From NCBI GenBank assembly GCA_031261965.1, contig JAISIP010000146.1, forward strand, positions 1 to 54,949: a stretch of DNA of 54,949 nucleotides, read 5' to 3'. A model generated the notes under the pieces. That model was not told the origin of the DNA, searched no databases, and saw only the letters and a list, made by a program, of their open reading frames with translations. Source of the stretch: Victivallales bacterium (GTDB taxonomy: Bacteria > Verrucomicrobiota > Lentisphaeria > Victivallales > Victivallaceae). The position numbers were made by a program, and so were the translations under genes. Below are positions 1 through 9,780 of the stretch, piece by piece (position 1 is the first letter of the stretch; each line of letters opens with the position of its first letter).

Positions 1-8
1 TGCATAGT

Positions 9-67
9 TCGGGACTTTCTGTTCAATATTAGTGTTTTATGCATTACTAATATAGAACAAGTCCCGA
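9..67. repeat. Long imperfect inverted repeat (hairpin)
   Basis: tcgggact..tgttc.atattagt pairs with actaatat.gaaca.agtcccga. Confidence 0.55.
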
Positions 68-228
68 TTTTAACAATCAATTCCGAAAATTTTTATCGGA
101 CAGTAGTGTCATGATTTAAGTCTACCTCTAAAATTACCTGCTCCGCAAAGAGGCGTAAAATATCGTTGTCCGTTGTGTGTCTCATAGTGCGGACTTAAAA
201 AATTTAAAAAGGTTTGGAAAAGGAAGAG

Positions 229-274
229 TGCGAGAAGGAAAGAACCTTTCCTTAAAAGGTTTTTCCTTCTCGCA
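229..274. terminator. ~20-bp-stem palindrome (terminator or REP-like) after prmC
   Basis: tgcgagaaggaaagaaccttt / aaaggtttttccttctcgca with one bulge, 10 bp past the prmC stop. Confidence 0.6.
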
Positions 275-283
275 AAAGTTTTC

Positions 284-1129
284 TTATGATTTAAGGCGGG
301 CGGTGACGAACCGTTCGCGGCGGGTGTAGTCTTGCAACGCGACGATTTCCCTGAAGTTGCCCAACGAACCGAGCAACTCCGCTAAGCGCGGAACTTGGGA
401 GGGGGCAAGTTCAAAAATAATTCGTCCGCCGGATTTCAGGTGGGTTGCCGCCGCGAGGGCGGCGCGTCGGATCAAGTCAAAACCGGAATCCGGCGCGGTC
501 AGTGCCAATCGCGGCTCATAACAGCGAACCTCCGGCGCAAGCGACGCATACTCTTCGTCGGTCACATAGGGTAAATTTGCCGCTATCAGGTCAAACGTTT
601 CACCTTTCAGGGATTTAAAAAGGTTTGATTTTACAAAGTGAACTTTATTAAAACAGAGCTTTTCCGCGTTGTGTCGGGCAACGGCAAGTGCGTTGGGACT
701 GATGTCGACGGCGGTGATTACTGCATCCTCCCGGTCTTGCGCCACTGACAGCGCGATCGCTCCCGAACCCGTACCCAAGTCAAGCAACGATCCTGATTTC
801 GGCAAAAATTCGATAACCCATTCGACCAGTCTTTCGGTCTCGGGTCGCGGTATGAGTACATCGGGGGAAACATTTAATTTCAGATCCATAAAATAAGCGT
901 AACCAAGCAAATATTGCAAAGGCTCGCGGTTAACGCGCCGGTTGCCGAGGGTACGAATGCGCTTTTCCAGCTCCGGGGCGACATCGTCGTCGGAGTGCAA
1001 AAACAGCTCAACGCGATTGAGCTGTGCAAGTTCAGAAATGAGAATATCCGCCTCCACTCCCGCCGATTCGATTCCGGCGTCGGAGAATTTCTCTTGCAGT
1101 TCACGGCGCAACTCAAAGTAACGGCTCAT
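284..1129 (-). CDS. prmC: Release factor glutamine methyltransferase PrmC/HemK
   Basis: EPLQYLLG, VLIPRPETE, LDLGTGSGAI and NLPY motifs. Confidence 0.96.
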   Translation of the reverse strand: MSRYFELRRELQEKFSDAGIESAGVEADILISELAQLNRVELFLHSDDDVAPELEKRIRTLGNRRVNREPLQYLLGYAYFMDLKLNVSPDVLIPRPETERLVEWVIEFLPKSGSLLDLGTGSGAIALSVAQDREDAVITAVDISPNALAVARHNAEKLCFNKVHFVKSNLFKSLKGETFDLIAANLPYVTDEEYASLAPEVRCYEPRLALTAPDSGFDLIRRAALAAATHLKSGGRIIFELAPSQVPRLAELLGSLGNFREIVALQDYTRRERFVTARLKS

Positions 1130-1854
1130 ATTTGCAACTCTCCGGGCGGGGTCAAACCGGCGAGCAGCGCGGTTACGGCAAACTCGGTACGCATAATGCG
1201 CGGACCGAAGCTGACGGGTGTTGCTCCGTTATTTTTCAGTAAATTGATCTCGTAATCGGTAAATCCTCCCTCGGGTCCGACAAGTAACGTGATTTTGCCG
1301 GATAAATAACGGGGCATGGGTTCAGTTGCTCCCGGGTGGGCGATCAGCGCGATTCCGCCGTCGGCGATACCGGGAAACTCGTCTTCGATAAAGGGCTTGA
1401 AACGGCGGCGGAAATCGACCTGGGGCGGTACGGTGTCCATGGCCTGTTCCAGCGCGAGCAAGAGCTGTTGTTTGACCTCGTCTAGCTTAATCAGCGGAGT
1501 GTTCCAGTAGCTTTTATCGACCTTCCAGCTTTCAAAAAATAAGATCCGCTTTACTCCCATGACAGTCGCGGTGTGCAAAACCTTGAGAAAAGTTTTGGGG
1601 CGGGGCAGTGCCACGAGCAAAGTAACGGGTAGTTTGGGCGGGGGTTCTTCGCTCAAAGTAACGGATAATTCCGTCATTTCCGGGGTAATGACGGCAACGT
1701 TTGCCCGCCCGATTTTGCCGTTCAGCAACCCCGCCTTGCACGATTTGCCCGGCGATGCTTTAATGACATCGCGCAATTGAATATGTCGCCGGTCAAAAAT
1801 GCGTACGACGGATTCCGAGATGAAGTCGGAAGGTTCGAGCAACAACAAATTCAC
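1126..1854 (-). CDS. rsmE: 16S rRNA m3U1498 methyltransferase RsmE
   Basis: EQA, VGPEGGF and GPRIMRTEFA SPOUT motifs; start moved to GTG at 1854 behind GGAGGAG. Confidence 0.92.
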   Translation of the reverse strand: MNLLLLEPSDFISESVVRIFDRRHIQLRDVIKASPGKSCKAGLLNGKIGRANVAVITPEMTELSVTLSEEPPPKLPVTLLVALPRPKTFLKVLHTATVMGVKRILFFESWKVDKSYWNTPLIKLDEVKQQLLLALEQAMDTVPPQVDFRRRFKPFIEDEFPGIADGGIALIAHPGATEPMPRYLSGKITLLVGPEGGFTDYEINLLKNNGATPVSFGPRIMRTEFAVTALLAGLTPPGELQI

Positions 1855-2000
1855 GACAAAAAACTCCTCCAATAGTTCAGCGTATTTCAGACAGTCATAT
1901 ATCATACAGGAAATACGCGTAAAAAGCAATTCAAAAAATATCTTTTTTAAACGTAATCGGCAAAAAAACGGCAAATATCGCTGATTCGGAGCGTCTTGAT

Positions 2001-2029
2001 TTGAAAAAGGCGATTTTCTGAATTACATT
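2001..2029 (+). promoter_or_regulatory. Putative sigma70 promoter of the ATPase operon
   Basis: TTGAAA-17 nt-TACATT. Confidence 0.45.
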
Positions 2030-2047
2030 ATCGAACGATTGTATTGT

Positions 2048-2217
2048 AGGCTACCTCTAAAAACTGGAAGCTTGGCTAAAAATCGCATCTCGTATTCGTA
2101 TGCGCGACCTTGCGCGTATCTGGTTAACTCCATGTTAGCCGGATGCTTGCAAAATCGCACCTCCAAATTACGACTCTATCGATTTTTTAACTCAAGGTGA
2201 GTTTTTAGAAATACCCT
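2048..2217 (+). mobile_element. Palindromic MITE-like repeat, copy 1
   Basis: Ends aggctacctctaaaaact / agtttttagaaataccct; matches copies at 12110, 35015 and 52484. Confidence 0.85.
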
Positions 2218-2258
2218 GTAATAATAGAACCAACTTGGCGATAGCGGAGGAAAATAAG

Positions 2259-2861
2259 ATGGCGGAAAAATTCCAAAGTTTGCTTGACAAAATCAATGAA
2301 AAAGGCGTAAAGGCGGCCGAGGCTTCGGCAGCAACTATCGTAGAAGCGGCGGAAAAAGAGGCAAAGGCGATTCGCGACAAAGCGAAAGCTGACGCCGAAG
2401 CTTCGGCGAAACACGCCGAAGAACACGCCTCTTCTCTGCAAAAACGCGCCGAATCCGCCATTCGCCAGGCTGCACGCGATATTATTCTTGAGCTTCAACA
2501 GGAATTGGAGAGCCGTTTGACCCGCGCCGTTTCAGATGCGGCTAATCAGGCGTTGACCCCGGAATTTATGGCGCAATTGGTCAAGGAACTCGCCGGGGCT
2601 TTTGCCGCCAAACCCAACGATCAACTGACGGTTCTTACTGCTCTAAAAGATGTCGCGCCGCTTGATGCCGCACTCAAAGCTTCGCTCAAATCGAGCTTTG
2701 TCAATGCACCCAAGGTGTTCGGTGATGCCGGCATAAAAGGCGGGCTTGAAGTTAATTTTAAGAATGGTGAGGTCTATTTTGACTTCAGCAGCGAAGCGAT
2801 CACCGAATTGGTGGGCGACTATATCGGACCGCGTTTATTTGCGATTCTTTCCGGCAAGTAA
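2259..2861 (+). CDS. ntpE: V/A-type ATP synthase subunit E
   Basis: Ala/Glu/Lys helical N-terminus, GIKGGLEV..YFDFS C-terminus, first gene of the ATPase operon; ATG behind GGAGG. Confidence 0.88.
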   Translation: MAEKFQSLLDKINEKGVKAAEASAATIVEAAEKEAKAIRDKAKADAEASAKHAEEHASSLQKRAESAIRQAARDIILELQQELESRLTRAVSDAANQALTPEFMAQLVKELAGAFAAKPNDQLTVLTALKDVAPLDAALKASLKSSFVNAPKVFGDAGIKGGLEVNFKNGEVYFDFSSEAITELVGDYIGPRLFAILSGK

Positions 2862-2893
2862 ATCAGCGCAAATCGAAACGGGACTATAGAGCT

Positions 2894-3445
2894 ATGTATT
2901 ACTTCTTCTTGGCTTCCTTGCCGACCCTCGGTTTCGACCGCGATTTCGGCATGAGTATCGCGGATTTTGACGCGCTTGCGGCCGAGCAGATGTCGCCGGC
3001 GAAACTTGCGCAGCTGCAATCCGGCAGTCTGTCAGTATCGCGGGCATCCGGGTCTGCATCGGGATTGCCTCGCGCCTACGCGGATTATACCCGTTTTGAG
3101 CAGTATTTGCGAACCCGAATCGCTGAACGCCGGGCTGGCAAAGATGAGGATCACGCGCCGAAACTGCCGGAGCCGGAGTTGTATTTCAGCGAAGTCGATA
3201 CGGCGTTAAGTTCGGCAAGTGCGATATCCGACCCGCTGGAGCGGGAGAAGCAAGTCGATCGTATCCGCTGGCGTTATCTCGATGAACTTGAAATCGGGCA
3301 TGAGTTTGATTTTGACAATCTGTGCGTCTATCGGCTTCGGCTGGAGATTCTCAATAAGTATCGCAATCGCAACGGCGAAATCGGTAAAAATAATTTTAAT
3401 GCGGCGATCGAACGCGTCGCCGGAATAGATAATGCAACACCGTAA
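2894..3445 (+). CDS. DUF2764 family protein (V-ATPase subunit C-like)
   Basis: MYYFFLASLP start, DPLERE and HEFDFD motifs; lies between subunits E and A. Confidence 0.8.
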   Translation: MYYFFLASLPTLGFDRDFGMSIADFDALAAEQMSPAKLAQLQSGSLSVSRASGSASGLPRAYADYTRFEQYLRTRIAERRAGKDEDHAPKLPEPELYFSEVDTALSSASAISDPLEREKQVDRIRWRYLDELEIGHEFDFDNLCVYRLRLEILNKYRNRNGEIGKNNFNAAIERVAGIDNATP

Positions 3446-3482
3446 AGTATATAACATCCACTTTTAGTCAGGAGTTTGAATA

Positions 3483-5237
3483 ATGGCAGAGGGTAAAAAA
3501 AATACCGAAAAAGTGGTCGCGGTCAACGGAAATATGATCACGATTGAATTCAACGACCGCGTCATGCAAAATGAGGTCGCGTTTGCCAAAGTCGGCAAAA
3601 ACGGCGATGTTAAGCTCAAATGCGAGGTTATTCGCGTTCGCGGCAATCGGGCGGATTTGCAGGTTTTTGAAAGCACCAATGGTCTCAAGGTCGGCGATGA
3701 GGTCGAATTCACCGGGGAGTTGCTTTCAGTGGAGCTTGGTCCGGGGTTGCTGACTCAGGTTTACGACGGGCTTCAAAATCCGTTGCCGCTTTTGGCGGAA
3801 AAATCGGGGTTTTTCTTGCAACGCGGAGTTTATTTGCGGCCTTTGGACGACAAAACCAAGTGGGGCTATACCCCGTTGGCCAAGGCCGCCGACAAGGTGA
3901 ATTCCGGGGATCGCATCGGTTTTGTCAACGAGGGCGTGATCAAACACTATATTATGGTTCCTTTTTTGTGGAAAGGCGAATGGACGCTGGAATCGGTCGC
4001 TCCGGCGGGCGAGTATACCGTCGATGAAACCATCGCAACGGCGGTCAACGCTCAGGGCGAGAAACGCAAAATCACCATGACCCAGCAGTGGCCGGTCAAA
4101 ATTCCGATTACCGATTACGCCGAAAAGCTTTTGCCGGAAAAGACACTGGTAACTCAGCAGCGTTCGATCGACACCTTTTTCCCGGTGGCGGTCGGCGGGA
4201 CGTTTTGCACCCCTGGGCCGTTTGGCGCGGGTAAGACCGTGCTTCAGCACGCCATAAGCCGTTATGCCGAAGCGGACGTGGTGATTATCGCGGCGTGCGG
4301 CGAGCGTGCCGGCGAAGTCGTGGAGGTGTTGCGCGAATTCCCGGAGCTTGAAGATCCCCGTACCGGGCAGCCGCTGATCAACCGCTCGATAATTATTTGC
4401 AACACCAGCTCAATGCCGGTCGCAGCCCGTGAGGCATCGGTTTACACGGCGGTGACGCTGGCGGAATATTACCGTCAAATGGGGTTGAACACCTTGCTTT
4501 TGGCCGACTCGACTTCGCGCTGGGCGCAGGCGTTGCGTGAGATGTCAGGGCGTCTGGAAGAAATTCCGGGAGAAGAGGCGTTTCCCGCCTATCTCGAATC
4601 GCTGATCGCCGGATTCTATGAGCGTGCCGGGCTGGTGAAGCTCCGCACCGGCGAACTTGGCTCGGTGACTATCGGCGGAGCGGTTTCTCCGGCGGGCGGT
4701 AACTTTGAAGAGCCGGTTACTCAGGCGACGCTGAAGGTGGTCGGTGCGTTTCTCGGGCTTTCGCGTGAGCGTTCCGATGCGCGGCGTTATCCGGCGATTC
4801 ACCCGCTGGACAGCTGGAGCAAGTACAACAGTGTGGTCGATGCCAAAGAGGTTGAGTTTGCCCGCAATATTTTGCGTCAGGGTTCGGAGGTCAACCAGAT
4901 GATGAAGGTCATCGGCGAAGAGGGTACGAGCCTGGCGGATTTCGTGGTCTATCTCAAGAGCGAATTTCTCGACTATGTCTATTTGCAGCAAAACACCTTT
5001 GACAATGTGGACGGCGCAACCGACGACAAACGTCAAAACTATATGTTTGACCAGATTTACAAGATTCTTGCGGGAGAATTTTCTTTGCCGGACAAGGATG
5101 CCGCCCGCAGCTATTTTTTGAGTTTGCGTCAGATGTTTATGGATCTTAATTACTTATCTATGGACAGCAAGGAATTTAAGGATCAGGAAAGTGCCATCGA
5201 AGCAAAAATAGCGGAACGGAGTACGGCAAATGCGTAA
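3483..5237 (+). CDS. ntpA: V/A-type ATP synthase subunit A
   Basis: GPFGAGKT Walker [31 protein letters not shown]. Confidence 0.97.
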   Translation: MAEGKKNTEKVVAVNGNMITIEFNDRVMQNEVAFAKVGKNGDVKLKCEVIRVRGNRADLQVFESTNGLKVGDEVEFTGELLSVELGPGLLTQVYDGLQNPLPLLAEKSGFFLQRGVYLRPLDDKTKWGYTPLAKAADKVNSGDRIGFVNEGVIKHYIMVPFLWKGEWTLESVAPAGEYTVDETIATAVNAQGEKRKITMTQQWPVKIPITDYAEKLLPEKTLVTQQRSIDTFFPVAVGGTFCTPGPFGAGKTVLQHAISRYAEADVVIIAACGERAGEVVEVLREFPELEDPRTGQPLINRSIIICNTSSMPVAAREASVYTAVTLAEYYRQMGLNTLLLADSTSRWAQALREMSGRLEEIPGEEAFPAYLESLIAGFYERAGLVKLRTGELGSVTIGGAVSPAGGNFEEPVTQATLKVVGAFLGLSRERSDARRYPAIHPLDSWSKYNSVVDAKEVEFARNILRQGSEVNQMMKVIGEEGTSLADFVVYLKSEFLDYVYLQQNTFDNVDGATDDKRQNYMFDQIYKILAGEFSLPDKDAARSYFLSLRQMFMDLNYLSMDSKEFKDQESAIEAKIAERSTANA

Positions 5238-6531
5238 AGTCTATCACAAAATCATTCATATCGCCGGAAACGTGATCACGGTCGAAGCCGACGATGTCAG
5301 TTACAACGAGCTTGCCGAAGTGACCAGCGAGCGCGGAGTCTCTTTGGCGCAGGTGATTCGGCTGTCGGACGGCAAGGTTTCGTTGCAGGTTTTCGCCGGC
5401 AGCCGTGGAATCGGCACTGATGACCAGGTGCGTTTTTTGGGGCGGGAAATGCAAGTTTCCAGTTCGGATGCGCTGTTGGGGCGGGTTTTTACCGGGCGGG
5501 GAACTCCCCGTGACGGCAGGGCGGAGGTAAGCAGCGAAATGGTGGACATCGGCGGACCCTCGGTGAATCCTGCCAAGCGCATTATTCCGCGCAATATGAT
5601 TCGCACGAATATTCCGATGATCGATGTTTTCAATACCTTGGTCGAGTCGCAAAAATTGCCGATCTTTTCAATTGCGGGCGAGCCGTACAATGAGCTTTTG
5701 GCGCGAATTGCGTTGCAGGCCGAGGTTGACGTGATTGTTCTCGGCGGCATGGGGCTGAAGTACGACGATTATCTGAAATTCAAAAACACGCTCGATGAAC
5801 AAGGGGCGTTGTCGCGTACGGTGATGTTTATTCACACCGCCTCCGATCCGACCGTGGAGTGTCTGATGGTGCCTGACATGGCATTGGCGGTGGCGGAGCA
5901 ATTCGCACTTGCCGGCAAGCGGGTGTTGGCGTTGCTCACCGATATGACCAACTTTGCGGATGCGCTTAAGGAGATCGCCATTACCATGGAGCAGATTCCG
6001 GCTACCCGCGGTTATCCCGGCGACCTTTACAGCCAGTTGGCGAGCCGATATGAAAAAGCGGTGGACTTCGATTCCGCCGGGTCGATTACGATTTTGGCGG
6101 TCACGACCATGCCGGGCGACGATGTGACCCACCCGGTGCCGGACAATACCGGGTATATCACCGAGGGGCAGTTTTATTTGCGTACCGGGCGTATCGAGCC
6201 GTTTGGCTCGCTGTCGCGCCTAAAGCAGCAGGTCAACGGCAAGACGCGGCCGGATCACCGGGCGATTATGGATTCGATGATTCGGCTTTACTCGGACTAT
6301 CGAAGCACGCTTGAAAAACAGTCGATGGGTTTTCAGATGTCCGCCTGGGATAACAAGTTGCTCAAATACGGTCGCTTGTTTGAAAAGAACATGATGGATT
6401 TGTCGGTCAATATTTCACTGGAGGACGCATTGGATCTCGGGTGGAAGATTCTTGCGGACTGTTTCGACCGCCATGAAGTCGGTATAAAAACCGATTTGGT
6501 GGATAAATATTGGGTAGAATCCAAGAAGTGA
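5230..6531 (+). CDS. ntpB: V/A-type ATP synthase subunit B
   Basis: [32 protein letters not shown]. Confidence 0.97.
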   Translation: MRKVYHKIIHIAGNVITVEADDVSYNELAEVTSERGVSLAQVIRLSDGKVSLQVFAGSRGIGTDDQVRFLGREMQVSSSDALLGRVFTGRGTPRDGRAEVSSEMVDIGGPSVNPAKRIIPRNMIRTNIPMIDVFNTLVESQKLPIFSIAGEPYNELLARIALQAEVDVIVLGGMGLKYDDYLKFKNTLDEQGALSRTVMFIHTASDPTVECLMVPDMALAVAEQFALAGKRVLALLTDMTNFADALKEIAITMEQIPATRGYPGDLYSQLASRYEKAVDFDSAGSITILAVTTMPGDDVTHPVPDNTGYITEGQFYLRTGRIEPFGSLSRLKQQVNGKTRPDHRAIMDSMIRLYSDYRSTLEKQSMGFQMSAWDNKLLKYGRLFEKNMMDLSVNISLEDALDLGWKILADCFDRHEVGIKTDLVDKYWVESKK

Positions 6532-6550
6532 ACGCGCAAAAGAGCATATT

Positions 6551-7171
6551 ATGGCCAAGATAAAATTTACCAAAACCGAACTCAAAGTTCAGCAAGATTC
6601 GCTCAAGCAGTTTTCGCGCTTTTTGCCGACTTTGCAACTGAAAAAGCAGCAGTTGCAAGTCGAGGTGCAATTAAGTACCGAATTGCTGAAAAAAAATCTC
6701 GCCGAACAGCAGGAACTGATAAAGCGCATGGAGAGTTTTCTCTCGCTTTTTGCTCCTCAAGCCGATTTGGAATTTATCGAAAGCCGGGTCAAAATCCGCA
6801 ACGTGATCAAAGGCGAGGCGAATATCGCCGGAATCACGATTCCGACCTTTGACCGGGTTGAGTTTGAGCCGCTTTTGTGGGATCTTTTTGACACCGACTG
6901 GTTTATCGACGATGCGGTCAAGTCGCTCAAAGAGGCGGTCTCGTTGAGCGAAGCACACAAAGTTCTCGAAGAACAGCACCGACTGCTCGCGGCTGAGTTG
7001 CGCAGCACCTCACAACGCGTGAATTTGTTTGAAAAGGTGAAGATTCCGGAATGCAAAGAGAATATTCGCCGCATTAGAATTATGCTTGGAGATCTCGATA
7101 CCAGCGCGGTCGCCCGATCTAAGATCGCCAAGAAAAAATCACAGGAAGCCGCCGAAGCCGCGGCATCGTAG
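6551..7171 (+). CDS. ntpD: V/A-type ATP synthase subunit D
   Basis: TKTEL, LPTLQLKK, TSQRVNLFEKVKIP. Confidence 0.95.
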   Translation: MAKIKFTKTELKVQQDSLKQFSRFLPTLQLKKQQLQVEVQLSTELLKKNLAEQQELIKRMESFLSLFAPQADLEFIESRVKIRNVIKGEANIAGITIPTFDRVEFEPLLWDLFDTDWFIDDAVKSLKEAVSLSEAHKVLEEQHRLLAAELRSTSQRVNLFEKVKIPECKENIRRIRIMLGDLDTSAVARSKIAKKKSQEAAEAAAS

Positions 7172-7181
7172 AGAGAAGAAT

Positions 7182-7206
7182 AAGGCGGCGTTGACCGCCT
7201 TTTCTT
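7182..7206 (+). terminator. Probable intrinsic terminator after subunit D
   Basis: aaggcgg-cgttga-ccgcctt followed by ttctt. Confidence 0.55.
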
Positions 7207-7224
7207 AAAGGAATTTTATATTTC

Positions 7225-8283
7225 ATGGTTAGCAGTAATAATATCAATATCGCCAGTCGCAGCGTCTTGCCAAGTCCGGGTGCGATTCGTTCCGAGTTGC
7301 CGTTGTCGTTGGATGCGGTTATGCAAATTGTGAACGACCGGCAGGAACTCCGCGACATTATCGACGGCAGATCGAAAAAGTTCATTATGATCGTGGGTCC
7401 GTGTTCCATTCACAACCCCGATTCCGCGCTGGAATATGCCGAGCGGTTAAAGGCTATCCGCGACCGGTTTGCGGATCGCATTATGATTGTTATGCGGGTT
7501 TATTTTGAGAAACCGCGTACCACTGTAGGTTGGAAAGGTCTGATTTACGACCCCGATTTGAATGAGAGCGACAATATCGAAAAAGGGATTTTTATCGCCC
7601 GCAAACTTATGTTGCGCATTGTCGATTTGGGGTTGCCGGTCGCGACAGAAATGCTCGACCCGATTATCGCGCAATATATCGCCGATGCGGTGTCGTGGGC
7701 GGCGATTGGAGCCCGCACCACAGAGGCTCAGACTCACCGCCAGTTAGGCAGCGGGCTGTCTATGCCGGTCGGTTTTAAAAACGCGACCGACGGTTCGTTT
7801 CAGACCGCCATAGACGCGATTTCCACGGCGCGTAGTGAACACAGTTTTATCGGGGTGTTGGAAGACGGGCATGTGGGGGTGTTTCGCACTCGCGGCAACC
7901 CGTATGCACATATTGTGTTGCGCGGCGGCTCCGGACCGAACTACGGAGCGGAGCATATCGCGTTCTTAAAGGTCGCGATGAAAAAGGCGAATATTCCCCC
8001 GGCGATCGTGGTCGATTGCAGCCATGCGAATTCCGGCAAGGATTACCGCAAGCAGGGAATTGTACTTAAGGACGTACTCAATCAGATCGGTGACGGCGAG
8101 AAAGCTATAATCGGAGTGATGCTTGAGAGCAATTTGCTGCCCGGGCAACAGAAAGTCAAATCGGGTGACAAGCCCAACCCGTGTGTTTCAATTACCGACA
8201 GTTGTGTCGGGTGGGATGAAACCGAGGAGTTAATCCAAAGTTGTTACGACCGCCTCGGCGAAATTTACGGCAAATCCGAATAG
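7225..8283 (+). CDS. aroF: DAHP synthase, class I-alpha
   Basis: GPCSIH, RVYFEKPRTTVGWKG, IGARTTE, DCSHANS, SITDSC. Confidence 0.95.
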   Translation: MVSSNNINIASRSVLPSPGAIRSELPLSLDAVMQIVNDRQELRDIIDGRSKKFIMIVGPCSIHNPDSALEYAERLKAIRDRFADRIMIVMRVYFEKPRTTVGWKGLIYDPDLNESDNIEKGIFIARKLMLRIVDLGLPVATEMLDPIIAQYIADAVSWAAIGARTTEAQTHRQLGSGLSMPVGFKNATDGSFQTAIDAISTARSEHSFIGVLEDGHVGVFRTRGNPYAHIVLRGGSGPNYGAEHIAFLKVAMKKANIPPAIVVDCSHANSGKDYRKQGIVLKDVLNQIGDGEKAIIGVMLESNLLPGQQKVKSGDKPNPCVSITDSCVGWDETEELIQSCYDRLGEIYGKSE

Positions 8284-8302
8284 AGACAATAAGGAGAATT
8301 CG

Positions 8303-9778
8303 ATGGGTAACTTTTTGGCATTTGACCTTGGCGCGTCAAGTGGTCGTGCGATTTTGGGAAATTTCCAAAACGGCAAACTCTCTTTGCGCGAAATTCACCG
8401 CTTTGCGAACGGTCCGACCGAAAAGGACGGGGCGATCTTTTGGGATTATCCCCAACTTTGCAATGAGCTCAAGACCGGGCTGGGCAAGGCATTGACCATT
8501 GAGCCGAAACTGGACGGTATCGGGATCGACACCTGGGGCGTGGACTACGTGTTTTTCGACCAAAAAACCGGCAAAATGCGCCGTTTGCCTTACCATTATC
8601 GCGATGTCAGGACAAATAACCCCGAGAGCGACGTGTGGAGCAAAGTTCCGCGTCAAGAGCTTTACGAGAAGACCGGCATTCAGTGCATGTTACTTAATAC
8701 GGTATATCAACTTGCGGCGCATTTTCGGATGCACCCGGAGGATTTTTCCGACAGTTTCCTTTTGACTATGCCGGATGCATTGGCGTATTACCTTGGCGGG
8801 GAGCGTACCAGCGAATACACCGAGTGTTCCACTACAAATTTGCTTGACCCGGAACAAAAGGTTTGGGATTGGGAGATTATCGACCGCCTGGGGTTGCCCC
8901 GCGAAGTTTTCCCAAAAATTGTCAAGCCGTGTACATATTCCGGCACATTATCGCCGGAGTTGCAAAAAGAATTCAATTGCTCCGCGATTCCGATTATCAA
9001 GGTCGGCTCGCACGACACCGCCAGCGCGGTGGCGGCGGTTCCCGCCTCGGAACGCGAAAATTGGGCGTACATCAGTGCCGGAACGTGGGCATTGCTCGGT
9101 GCCGAGATCGATCGCCCGTTGCGGACGCAAGAGTCGGAGAAATACAGTTTCACCAACGAAGGCGGGCTTGACGGCAAGATTCGTTTTCTCACTAACATTA
9201 TGGGTAGTTGGCTCTTTCAGGAGACGCGGCGAATCTGGAACGAAACGCATTCACCGATTTCATTCGCCGAAATGGAAGATATGGCACGCAATGCCACGCC
9301 GGGAAAATTTTTGATCAACCCCAACGATCCGTCGTTTGTCACTCCCGGCGATATGCCGCAACGGATTATAGATTTTTGTGAACGCACCGGGCAGGGAAAG
9401 ATCGCGAACGACAGCGAAGTCGTCCGGGCGATTTACGATTCGCTCGCACTGTATTTTTGCAGTAAACTCGGAATCCTGTCGCGATTGCTCAAGGTCGAAT
9501 ATCAATGTTTGAACATCGTTGGCGGCGGGACTAAGGATGCCTTGCTTATGCAGCTTACCGCCGACGCGCTTAACATCCCGGTGGTCGCTGGGCCGGTGGA
9601 GGCCACCGCAATCGGGAATTTGTTGGCACAGGCGATGGCCGCCAAAGAGATCGGGTCGCTTGCCGAGGCACGCAAGGTGGTCAAAGATTCTTTTGAAGTC
9701 AAGACCTTTGTCCCCGATGCAAAGAATCATGCGTTTTACAATACTTTGAGCGAACGGTTTGAAACACTGGCGAAATAA
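8303..9778 (+). CDS. rhaB: Rhamnulokinase (FGGY family)
   Basis: DLGASSGR, IDTWGVDY, HDTASA, FTNEGG, GPVEATAIGN. Confidence 0.88.
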   Translation: MGNFLAFDLGASSGRAILGNFQNGKLSLREIHRFANGPTEKDGAIFWDYPQLCNELKTGLGKALTIEPKLDGIGIDTWGVDYVFFDQKTGKMRRLPYHYRDVRTNNPESDVWSKVPRQELYEKTGIQCMLLNTVYQLAAHFRMHPEDFSDSFLLTMPDALAYYLGGERTSEYTECSTTNLLDPEQKVWDWEIIDRLGLPREVFPKIVKPCTYSGTLSPELQKEFNCSAIPIIKVGSHDTASAVAAVPASERENWAYISAGTWALLGAEIDRPLRTQESEKYSFTNEGGLDGKIRFLTNIMGSWLFQETRRIWNETHSPISFAEMEDMARNATPGKFLINPNDPSFVTPGDMPQRIIDFCERTGQGKIANDSEVVRAIYDSLALYFCSKLGILSRLLKVEYQCLNIVGGGTKDALLMQLTADALNIPVVAGPVEATAIGNLLAQAMAAKEIGSLAEARKVVKDSFEVKTFVPDAKNHAFYNTLSERFETLAK

Positions 9779-9780
9779 AA

